Assembly (NCBI RefSeq): GCF_006345805.1
Contig: NC_042999.1
Coordinates: forward strand, 49,104,001 to 49,168,000
DNA: 64,000 nt
Direction of reading: 5' to 3'
Source of the DNA: Octopus sinensis
Lineage: Eukaryota
A program made the position numbers and the translations under genes. Of this stretch, positions 1 to 11,419 are shown piece after piece (position 1 is the stretch's first letter; each line of letters opens with the position of its first letter). The notes under the pieces were generated by a model. The model had not been told where the DNA came from and searched no databases. It worked only from the letters and a program-made list of their open reading frames with translations.

Positions 1-295
1 CAATGAGAAGACGGTCGAAATGCAGTTAAACATGTCGCCCAGTGTACTAACAATTCCACCAGCCTGCTGCTTTGTTTGAATACTAATATCAATGATCGAA
101 TTTATGTTAAATTACTTGCAAAAGCATTTTAACAACCAAAAGTGGAGAGTTACTCAAGATTTATAGTTGGATACATATCTAATAAAGTTTTTTAAAAAAA
201 TTATGAGAGTGACTACCATGTTTCGGCTTCTTCACCATCATCACGTCAGCCAAAATTTTGAAGGCCATGTCAATCTCTTCTATGTATATATTAAT

Positions 296-378
<83 letters not shown>

Positions 379-435
379 CGGCGGTGTGCATCAGCATGGC
401 CGCAGCTCTGAGCTGAAACTAGGAAAAAAAAATAC

Positions 436-468
<33 letters not shown>

Positions 469-654
469 TATATATATATACATATATATATATAATATAT
501 ATATATACACATATATATATATACATATTATATATATACATATATATATATACATATATATATATATACAATATTATATATATACATTATATATATATAT
601 ATATATATATATTATACATATATATATATATATATAATATATATAATATATATA

Positions 655-691
<37 letters not shown>

Positions 692-693
<2 letters not shown>

Positions 694-1011
694 GAAGAAA
701 TGAGGTAATCAGAAGATCGGATGGTTCATATTTATAGATATTTATTATATATACATTTTTTACATATGTCATATCATTCAGATCATATCATTCAGATTAT
801 TAGCGCTTTCTCCCATTTAGCGGGTTTTCAAATCTTGATTGAAAACCCCAATAGAATGGAGAAAGCGCTATTAATCTGAATGATATGATAATATTATATG
901 TAAAAAATGTAATATATAAATAAATATCTATAAAATGAAACCATCCGATCTTCTGATTACCTCATTTCTTCTAATATATAATACCTGTACATCATCTCCC
1001 ACACCTTCCAA
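692..1011 (+). mobile_element. Fold-back element (inverted arms 692-973 plus a one-sided tail) inside (AT)n; Penelope-like pLTR derivative
   Basis: tagaagaaatgaggtaatcagaagatcggatgg at 692 is the reverse complement of ccatccgatcttctgattacctcatttcttcta ending at 973. The arms meet near 834, a unique tail runs to 1011, and (AT)n flanks both sides. Confidence 0.7.
835..874 (+). ncRNA. Minimal type I hammerhead-like motif (U3-A8 variant)
   Basis: UUGA / UUGAAAA / CCCCA-AUAGAA-UGGA / GAAA / GCGC / UA / UUAA, with palindromic stem III AGCGCU. A mirror copy lies on the minus strand at ~795-834. Confidence 0.5.
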
Positions 1012-1051
1012 TATATATATATATACATATATATATGTATATATATATATT

Positions 1052-1083
<32 letters not shown>

Positions 1084-1089
1084 ATATCT

Positions 1090-1161
<72 letters not shown>

Positions 1162-1400
1162 GCATTGCACACACATGGATGACACACATGCATCGCTAGT
1201 CAGAATCGCAATTAATCGAAAATAATGCTTACAGTGCAATTCTTAACTTGTAGATTTTAATAACAGTTATTATATTGTATGCGTATATTTACACTTATAT
1301 GGTGTGTATAGTTATATATATATATATATATATTTATTTATTTATATATATTTAGTTATATATATTTATTTATTTATATATTTATTTATATATATATATA

Positions 1401-1444
<44 letters not shown>

Positions 1445-1468
1445 TATATATATATAATATATATATAT

Positions 1469-1508
<40 letters not shown>

Positions 1509-1827
1509 CATGCTTACCGATGTATAACTATGTTATTAAAATTTTGGGAATTGAAGTGAAAGCATATTTTTCGATTAATTGGCTGAATTAAAGATCTCTA
1601 TATTGCAAATAAACTCTTCAAACTGGATGTATAAATTCCTAGTTGCTGAAATCGATTTGTTTATCAAGCTGTCATAACCAAACGTAACACATAATCAGGA
1701 CTAGCCTCTAACACACATGTTTTTTTCTACAAGTAGTCCGTTCTTATTTGTTGACGTCAAATATGCTTATTCGGAAGAATTCTTGAGAAGAATGAGTAAA
1801 AAATTACTACTATTTCATTATATGTAT

Positions 1828-1985
1828 TACTTGATTCAGTCATTGAACTGCAGCCATACTGGAAATTTCGGTTTGAATGGTTTGGTCGATTAAGTATTCG
1901 TGTTTTGTAGCCCACTACTTCTTGTTTAGTATCTTTTTATAGTTACATAAACAAAGCTGTACCGGTTGTCAACCAGTGGTGGAAA
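1828..1985 (-). mobile_element. SINE family A, decayed 3' half
   Basis: tacttgattcagtcattgaactgcagccatactgg and ccggttgtcaa match the reverse complement of the family A tail seen at 17700-17880. Confidence 0.6.
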
Positions 1986-2257
1986 TACACACAAACGCAC
2001 GCGCGCACACACACACAAACACACATACATAGAGAAACACACACACATATATGTATATAGATGTTTGGTAGATAGATAGATACATACATACATAGATGTG
2101 GATATACATAAACATAGATATATGCATACGCATATGTTATCTATATAAATGAGTATATATATATGTGTGTATGTGTGTATGTTTATGCATGTATATATTT
2201 ATGTGTGTATATATATGTTTGTATATATCCATATATAAATATATATATGTATCTATG

Positions 2258-2301
<44 letters not shown>

Positions 2302-2302
<1 letters not shown>

Positions 2303-2435
2303 CTGTTTTTTCGTGGTGAAAAGCTTACTTCCCAACCACACGGTTCTGGGTTCAGTCCCACTACGAGTACCTTAGGATAATGTTTCCTACTTTAGCCTCG
2401 ACCAGCATGACCAGAGCCTTGTGAATGGATTCGGT
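2302..2435 (+). mobile_element. SINE family A, 5' head fragment
   Basis: caaccacacggttctgggttcagtcccact...accttagg...agccttgtgaatggatt matches the head of the full copy at 42134. Confidence 0.7.
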
Positions 2436-2553
2436 ATGTGTGTGTGTGTTTGTATGTACACACACACACACATACACACGCACGCACAGACACACACGCA
2501 CGCACACACACGCACGCACACACAACACACACACACATACACATATAGATATA

Positions 2554-3436
2554 CAAGGTCTGATCAATAAGTATCCAGACTGTTGCCATATTCAGGCACG
2601 CAGAGTGAAGCTGTTCGGCAGATTGACCTTGAACGCTGTTGTGCATAAGCAGTATGTTTTAACGTTCTAGCTCACTTCCGTTGTTTACAGCAGTGCTTGG
2701 AAGAAAGACGTGTACCATGTGATCGTCGCATTGATCATGATAGAGGAAGTTGTCAAGGCGGTACCTGCTCAGATGTAAATATTTAGAAAGTGTATGGAGA
2801 GGAGTGTATGAGCCGCACACATGTGTACAAAAACTTCAGAGATTTCCAAGACGGCCGCAAAAATATCGAGGCTGACGAACGTTCTAAGAGACACACAACC
2901 AGCAGAACTAAGTAAAACACCACAATTGTTCGTAAAGGTGCGAGGGGATTGTTCGTACAGGTTATCTTCTGATAACCAACGGATGGTGATCCAATCCGTG
3001 GGTTATCAGAAGATGTGCAGATTAGTTACAGTTCAATTTAGTCCATGGTCACTGAAGATCTGGGTATGAGACGCGTGTCTGCCAAGTTTGTGCCAGAACT
3101 GCTTTCAGCTGACCTAAAAGACACTCCGCTTTCAGTTGCACAAGATATTCATTGTTTCGGGAACAATCGAAACCTTTTGAAAACTTTGCGTAGGTCTCTG
3201 AGCAGATATCGCCAAACTTTTGGCAAATTTGATGCTCGACTCTCTCTGCCATGTTCAGTGCGACGATCACATACTATACACCTTCCTTCCAAGCACTGCT
3301 ATAAACAGTGCAAGTAAGCTAGAACGTTAAATCTTAGCACAGCAGGGTTCAAGGTCAATCTGTGCCATGTGGCTTGATTTTCGTGCTTTAAATTCGTACT
3401 ATGTAAACAGTCCGCATACTTGATGATCAGACCACG
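2554..3436 (+). mobile_element. Internally deleted mariner-type DNA transposon with ~180-bp TIRs
   Basis: TA|caaggtctgatcaataagtat ... atacttgatgatcagaccacg|TA. Inverted homology extends inward to gtgatcgtcgcattga/tcagtgcgacgatcac. Frameshifted peptides KVYGEECMSRTHVY, QDGRKNIEADERS and EDLGMRRVSAKFVPELLS (the mariner WVPHEL-type linker). Confidence 0.9.
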
Positions 3437-3596
3437 TATGATATATGGTTTGCGCCTGAAGAATGCTTGAGTGTTCTCAACACAGGCAACTACTTATAGC
3501 GCTGTAATACATGTACTGTGATCTTTAAATAAATATTATTTATCTCTCAACAAATGAAGTACTTCTTTTGTTGAATTTTCTATCAAGGATTAGTAC

Positions 3597-3660
<64 letters not shown>

Positions 3661-3661
3661 C

Positions 3662-3926
3662 TGCGTGTTGTGTTCTCGAGCAAGGCACTTTATTTCACGT
3701 TGCTCCAGTTCACTCAGCTGTAGAAATGAGTTGCGACGTCACTGGTGCCAAGCTATATCGACCTTTGTCTTTCCCTTGGATAACACTGGTGGCGTGGAGA
3801 GGGGAGGCTGGTGTGCAGGGGCGACTGCTGGCCTTCCATAAACAACTTGCCGGACTTGTGTCTAGGAGGGTAACTTTCTAGGTGCAATCCCATGGTCATT
3901 CATGACCGAAGGGGTCTTTACCCTTT
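3662..3926 (+). mobile_element. SINE family C, body and 3' tail
   Basis: gagcaaggcactttatttcacgttgctccagttcactcagctg...ctttctaggtgcaatcccatggtcattcatgaccgaagggg. A reverse-strand homolog lies at 21493-21690. Confidence 0.75.
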
Positions 3927-3940
3927 ATATATATATATAT

Positions 3941-3993
<53 letters not shown>

Positions 3994-4079
3994 CAGACAG
4001 AGACAGAGACAGAGAGAGAGAGGGAGACAGAGAGACAGAGAGATGCAGAGAGAGAGATGGAGAGAGAGAGAGGGAGAGA

Positions 4080-4080
4080 A

Positions 4081-4167
<87 letters not shown>
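4080..4167. repeat. (GATA)n microsatellite preceded by (GA)n
   Basis: Direct reading. Confidence 0.95.
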
Positions 4168-4810
4168 TGTGTGTGTGTTTATATTGGTGCATGTTTGTCC
4201 CCCGCCACTACTTATGTACCTGCGCTGGTGTGTTAACCTCCCAAATTAGCAATTCGGCAAAAGAAAACCCGATAAAATAAGATCCAGGCCTTAGAAAAAT
4301 AAGTTCTTATGGTCGATACACTGGACAAAAATATCCTATACTTATAAGCATACATAGAGACGCTGAAGTTAATTTGATGAACGTCTATTATATGCAATCA
4401 AACATCCTAAATAGGCATGAAGTCAGTCTGTGTACCAGTCTAATTACAAAAGCGGGGGCCGGAAAAGTGTTGCAAAATTCTGCAGAATTGTGCTATTAGC
4501 TTTCCTTTGTGGTTGTTGAGAGATAACTTTGTAAATAAAATTTCACAATCGATTTGGAAACATATTTTCGCGAGCTAATGGCTGCATGGACTATCTTGAT
4601 ACAGTAAATGATTCTCTAGAAAATAGATATAAGAATATGTCGACATTCAAATCGATTAAGCGTTCAAAACTGCAGTTTGCTTCGCGTGACCAGACACGCA
4701 CACACACACACACCCAAACACACGGCACGCACAATCGCATACACAAACACACACATAACACTCAATCACATACACATACATATGTGTATATATCTATATT
4801 CATATCTATC

Positions 4811-4843
<33 letters not shown>

Positions 4844-4903
4844 ACACATACACACTCACATATATTATACATGTATATGCATTTATATATATGAAGATAT
4901 ATA

Positions 4904-4939
<36 letters not shown>

Positions 4940-4941
4940 TA

Positions 4942-4993
<52 letters not shown>

Positions 4994-4996
4994 TAT

Positions 4997-5394
4997 AATC
5001 AGACCTTGAACAATGTCTGGTACGATGTAATAGTACGCCTTTGATGCAAGTCTGAGGAAGGCCTCTCCAATGCCAAAAACCGCAAATATTGCGTAATTTT
5101 TCTTATAGAATTTTCGCCTAAACTGGCGTTGCAAATGGAGATGGTACGGAAACACTTGTAACTTATAGCAGAAGATGTGTTGAAGAATTTTCTTCGTATT
5201 CTTCATTTCATTTGATTATTTACTCTTTACCAAACAATATGGCGGTATAATCATCGGGAAACTTGGATTCTCTCCACCAGACAGTATTGATAGCTCAGTT
5301 TCGGTTTGAGTGCTTCTCTGCAAATACCCCAGCTTCACACCCAACTGACTTTAGCCATTTACTCTATGCCAAATATAAACTTTGTATATTCGAA

Positions 5395-5400
<6 letters not shown>
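4997..5400 (+). mobile_element. Short HHR-bearing element between (AT)n tracts (Penelope-like pLTR derivative)
   Basis: About 400 bp of unique sequence bounded by (AT)n; contains the HHR-like motif at 5048-5164. Confidence 0.45.
5048..5164 (+). ncRNA. Type I hammerhead-like motif with a large branched stem II
   Basis: AAGU / CUGAGGA / ~90-nt insert closed by cucca:uggag / GAAA-C-ACUU-G-UA / ACUU. The predicted GUA site is after 5160; the base of stem II is imperfect. Confidence 0.55.
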
Positions 5401-5445
<45 letters not shown>

Positions 5446-5784
5446 ACTCGAAGCAGTGTGTTCTTTTGCGAGTTCGAACACCATTATCGCTATATAGGTT
5501 TGAAAATGGAAGCCACCGGCAGGTACGGAAGTATAACGAGTTGAATATAGAGCGTAGCTGTATGCTTCTTTATAAAATGAGCATGTTTTTTCATCGTTAA
5601 TTAATATTAAATTGACGCTGATATAGCAGATAAAACGTCTAAAGCGTTTCATATATAACTATTCAGGCTTTCTTACTGCGTATTTCTCTAATGTGTTCTT
5701 GCAAATTTTATAGCAATATGAAACGAATGAGCAGAGATTCAACTATTGTGTGTACCAGTTCTAGTCACTACGCACACTGTATAA

Positions 5785-5945
5785 AATTTTGATGCAAAGC
5801 CAGCAAATTCAGGGTAGGGTAATCTGTCGATTTTAACGACCCCACTGTTCAACTGGAACTGATTTTTCTTTCTCTAAAGGAATGAAAAGCAAAGTCGGCT
5901 CTTGTGACATATAAATTCAGAGCGTAAAGTCGGAAGAAGTGCGGT
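5785..5945 (-). mobile_element. SINE family B, decayed
   Basis: gacccc-actgttcaactggaact...aaggaatgaaaagcaaagtcggctc...aaattcagagcgt matches the reverse complement of family B. Confidence 0.55.
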
Positions 5946-7895
5946 AATGACTTTCATGATACCATTGAAAAGCAGCTGATGAGTGCACATTGGGGTTAAT
6001 AAACAGGCAGTATCAGAATCAGACGTTTTTATGTTTTTGTTTTTTTTTGCTTTTAGAAATATGAAATGCAAAAGATACAGGAAGTGATACAGTGCTTTGC
6101 AAATATTTTAACAGTTTTCCCTAAATCTGGGGTTTATTTTCGATTTTGGATATTAAGCGACACTTGAGAGCATGCTCAATGCTGTGTTCACATCTGTGTT
6201 TCCTATTGAGTCAGTAACCGGTGTAAACCAAGTGTTGTTTTCTTTTTATTACCCTACATTTTCATTATTTTTATGCCAAATTGTAATATATGGGAAACTA
6301 ATTTTGATTCACGGTACATAGCAGGTATTGTTCACGTGTTGAAAATTGAACTGCATATACACACACACACGCACACACACGCACGCACATATAAGTTATA
6401 CCTACGGTACATATTCATGGATGTATGTGTAGATACAACAGCTAACAGAAACAAGTAGGCCAATTGCTTTTAGCTAATGCTATGAATTCTTTATTACCAT
6501 ACCAGAATGATACAAGAGATTGATAAATTATGGGAATCATTGAAACGAAAAAATACGTTGACTTAATTAAATCGATATTTAGAAACACATGCGATAATTT
6601 AAGATAAGGTTCCAGCGGATATCTGCCTTACAGCTAATATTTTACTCCATCAGATATTTTCTCTCAAAATATTTTTTTTCCAAATGGCAGAATCATCACC
6701 ATCATAACATTAGTACTTTCATTCCGTGTTCTAGCTTCCACTTAAACGCTTTATCTTGATGTCAATTTTATCTAGAAATTATGATAGTGAAAAACACGTC
6801 AACAAATATAAGAAATGAACAGAATTCTTGCATTTTCTTAGCGGAAAAATGACGCAGTAAAATGAAATTAATGATAATATATCAGTGTGTTAGAGATAGC
6901 ATCATATGATTTACTCGGAGATTAATGTAGAGTTGGTGTAAACATTATAACATACAATGCATATCAAAACATGCAGTTGAGAGAATGTGATTACACTTTG
7001 AAAATATCAATTAGTATTGGAAACAACATTCGAATTATCAAAATAAATATACGAATATGAATTAATAAAATAAATCTGACAACAACGGTAAAGCAAAATA
7101 AATATTTGAAATAGCTGTCGAGATTTCAAAGAAGATCTGTATTGAGAAAACCTCCAAGAAGACAAAATTTTCGAACATTAAATTCGTGAATTAAATACTG
7201 TGAAAAAATATGCTGCGTTCATAATGGAAGATTATATAAATTTTAGTTTTCAGTTTTAAGTTTATATTAAGAACATAAATTTTTAAAACAAGCATTAAAA
7301 TGCTCCTAATAATGATAGCAATATAACTTAAGCAAATATAATACTTGGAAGAAATCTAAAAATATATTTTAAAGCTTGTGCAATCTTGGGATTTTGTACA
7401 ATACATTTAATAGAAAATATTTATACAATAATCGACTCTGCGTTTCTACTGAAATTCAAATGAAAAGTAATCTAAACTGGTTTACATGAAATAGCAAATG
7501 CACATTTATATGTTTTCATACAATAAAGTCGGAAAAGTGAAACGCAATACACCTATTTAGATGTTATATACTTATAAAAATATTTAACTGAGAATTATCT
7601 GTAACGAAAATAAAAGACTAAAAGAGAAAAAGAAATGTCCATTACAGCAAGCATTTTAAACACTATTTCTGGTCATGCAATAACATGTAATCATATGAAG
7701 TTACATAATGGCGGTATTATGAATGTTCTGAGAAATTTGGTTGATGTACTGAGATGTTGTTTAACAACCATTAGATTTATCTATAGCATAAATCAAAAGC
7801 ATTTTGTGTACGTGATTGACTGTTTTTAATACATAACAAATTTATATGCACAAGCACGTATATACATACACACACACACACACACACATGCACAT

Positions 7896-7939
<44 letters not shown>

Positions 7940-8082
7940 ATATATATATACATACATACATATATGTGTGTGTGCGTGTGTGTGTTAAAAGTTTGACGAA
8001 TTCGCAAGTGAGGCTAACCCACTGGGGGATATAGTTTGATCCTTAAACCTAATGTTTCCATAGCTCCATGAAAATAGGAAAC

Positions 8083-8178
<96 letters not shown>

Positions 8179-9186
8179 ATATAATACAATATAGATGCTC
8201 ACATATTAATACATTTCAAGCCAGGCACATATCCACGTCATGCATCCAAATAAATACACAATCATATAAATAAAATTATGGTCGGTTGAAGATGAGTAGA
8301 GAGTGTATCATTTTCGTGCTAGTATTCTATAATTCAATAGTTTTAAATGTTTTATGAACCGAGGTAAATTCTTGATATTTAATGAATTTATTTTGGTATA
8401 ATATTTATATAAGTAATTATTTTATTTCAGCTGCCATTTTAAGTTGTTACGTGGTAAAGATATAATATGATTATAAAATGTTTGAATTAATACAGCACTG
8501 TAATTAAAATTTTCAAAAATATTGGCTATTATTAATATGAAATGGGTGTATGTTTCGAGTTGTTTCGGCTGTTGAGTTTCCTTTTTTGTACTCATAAAAC
8601 GTTATGTGCTTTAAATACTCTTTGGATACTTCCGTAACTAGAAAGAGTTTTAATCAAAGAAATTTTAATTCTATTTCGTTTAAATGTATACAAATACATA
8701 AAAATAATTAATTCCATTAATTCTAAAATACTATTAAATTTCATTTAAAACAGGTAAAAACGGACAGAACTTATGGGATGACTTGATAGATGAAAATATA
8801 GGAGGACATCTAACCCAAATGTTATCGGGCGTGCATCCAAATTCTCAATTTTTTTATATACGGTTAGAAAACAAAATCTTGTGTCCACACCAAAGAAAAT
8901 TGTCTATGGCACTCTCATTTAATTAGAATATTTACCATGTGTTTGTATGAAACAATAGTGGAAGAAATAGTGCGACTAAGTGTATTTTTTTGTTTTGTAA
9001 TATTCACTCGCTCATATTCCCCGGAATGAGACAGAAGTGTTTGTCGGAGAATATCTACGACTTCAGCACCCCCAATTTTTGGTATCTTAAGTCTCCAAGT
9101 TACAGTTTCATGGACGCACGCGCATATATATACATATATACATACATACATACATACATACATACATACATACATACATACATACA

Positions 9187-9240
<54 letters not shown>

Positions 9241-9249
<9 letters not shown>

Positions 9250-9472
9250 ATATGTTACAATTACTCAATAGTCAAGATAAAACTCTGAGTTTCAGATGCC
9301 GAAGTGGAAATCCACAACACCATCTCTTCGGTTATCTGGCCATCTGAAAAACGCTAAGAGTTTTATCTTGACGATTGAGTAATTGTAACATATTATTTTA
9401 TAGATAAAATTCCTCTATTTACATAATATTGAGGTCTCTTTCTTTCTTTTGTTATCTTACCGTTTTTACCAA
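9241..9472 (+). mobile_element. Fold-back element with HHR and tail inside (CATA)n/(AT)n
   Basis: tataaaataatatgttacaattactcaatagtcaagataaaactct is inverted as agagttttatcttgacgattgagtaattgtaacatattattttata (to ~9402). The tail runs to 9472, and a homolog lies at 42955-43063. Confidence 0.75.
9275..9337 (-). ncRNA. Type I hammerhead-like motif (U4C variant)
   Basis: AGAUAA / CCGAAGA / GAUG...CAUC-U / GAAA-CU-CAG-AG-UU / UUAUCU, with a 6-bp stem I. Confidence 0.6.
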
Positions 9473-9484
9473 TATATATATATG

Positions 9485-9556
<72 letters not shown>

Positions 9557-10929
9557 ATATTATATATATATATAATATATATATGTGTGTGTGTGTGTTA
9601 CTTTGTATTTATTACATCTTTAATTGGGTAAATTTTATTTCTATACAAAAATGACATTCATTTAATACATGTTGTCAAGATCTTCCTTGCTAAGGAAATG
9701 TAGCTGTTAAGCATTATCTGTACATTCATAAATTTAATTGAAGTATTACTAGCGGGATACTTTCATATGACTACAGAGATAAAATAGTAAAATTGAATAT
9801 TGCATCATAGGAAATAAATTGCATTGTATACGATTTTTATTAGTTCATAGTATATTGTTATTAGTTATCTCATTGTAGCTGATATTTTCCATATGGACTA
9901 ATAAAGTTTGCTCTGTAAAATCTGATCTCATATCTCACTAAATCAATACAAATATTAGTTCTACTGATACAATGGTATGTTCATTTGGTCTCTGTTCTCT
10001 AGCAACTCCAAACAATCTCTGAGAATAAGCTTTGAAATAATGAAGTTGTAAATAAATTTGAAATATATACAAATATTTAGAGAAAATATAGTTCGCAATA
10101 TACTTCGTTGACTAATCACGACCTGAAGATACATTGGTTAAGATATAATCACTTTGTCAGATAAATTTCACATTATATCTTGTAAATATATCTGTGACTA
10201 CTGGGTATTTTCAAAGTCTCGAGTATTTAAAGGTATAAAGAGATAGATTTTATTCATTTTGCCAAAAATGTTATTCATTTCAACAAGCACATAATATCGA
10301 ACTAATATCGATCCATAGTATGTTTGATAAATCAGACAATAAGAGTGTTGTACTCACATATATTCGCTGCCTAATCAAGTATAAGTGGATTATATACGTG
10401 TGTGTATGTATGTTTTTAAACCCGGTTGTCAGCAGATCACTGACAGCAAGAATATTGCGTAAATCGAGAGCAAATCCCGATCACTTATTTCATTGTGAAT
10501 TCTGTTAAATGCACCCAAGGAAAATATGGGAAATAAAGTAGGCACTTGTATTTCTTTTTCTTTGTCGTTCTTGGAGAAAATTTATACACATACTAATATG
10601 TTTTCTGAAAAGAGATAATCAGATTCGGAAATCTACCCTTTACACATTTCATAAGGTATTTATTTATTTTTTCGCTGTACGCAAATACAACCAATAAACT
10701 ATTTTTATGTATAACTGCAGATAGCGTATGATTCTTTATTACATTTTGTAGCAGTTGTCCTTTAGCCCCAGTCCATCTAGAAAAGAGCCAAACTATGTAA
10801 AAACACTACCTTGTCAAAACCATCCTGTATCCTTCTAGGTTAGCATACATAGAACATGATATAAGATTATAATCTAAATAAGCTGATTCGGTAATAGGCC
10901 AGCAATGCTATATACATATATATATATAT

Positions 10930-11210
10930 ATTATATAAAAGGGCTTAGTAAAATAAATTACTTTGCCACATACTGAACTCATTAGAAATAGTAGCCAAAA
11001 AAACTTTTTTAAAACTATTTAAAAAAGTTTTTTTTTAAAAGTTTTTTTTGGCTACTATTTCTAATGAGTTCAGTATGTGGCAAAGTAATTTATTTTACTA
11101 ATCCCTTTTATATAATGTAATAATTTGAATTCGCCTTAAATGGTCCCTTTGCATACTGAATACTTGGTGAAATTGATTAATAATAATTAATTTTACCCTC
11201 AATTGTTGAA
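10930..11210 (+). mobile_element. Fold-back element (arms 10930-11116 plus tail) inside (AT)n; no HHR retained
   Basis: tagtaaaataaattactttgccacatactgaactcattagaaatagtagccaaaaaaa is inverted exactly at ~11043-11100, followed by a ~95-bp unique tail. Confidence 0.7.
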
Positions 11211-11241
<31 letters not shown>

Positions 11242-11300
11242 ATACATATATATATATACATATACACATATATATATATACACATATATATATTATATGT

Positions 11301-11342
<42 letters not shown>

Positions 11343-11384
11343 CATACATACATACATAAATACATACATACATACATACATACA

Positions 11385-11419
<35 letters not shown>

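Larger units (their letters stand above)
280..1490. repeat. (AT)n microsatellite field (representative of dozens across the window)
   Basis: Direct reading. Similar fields lie at 16330-17520, 26070-27400 and 52200-54360. Confidence 0.95.

Noticed and set aside
3452-3502. GCGC-CUGAAGA...UA-GCGC hammerhead-like frame
   Set aside because: The GAAA core is absent; at best a heavily decayed relic.
5972-6020. CTGATGA core
   Set aside because: No downstream GAAA or closing stem I.
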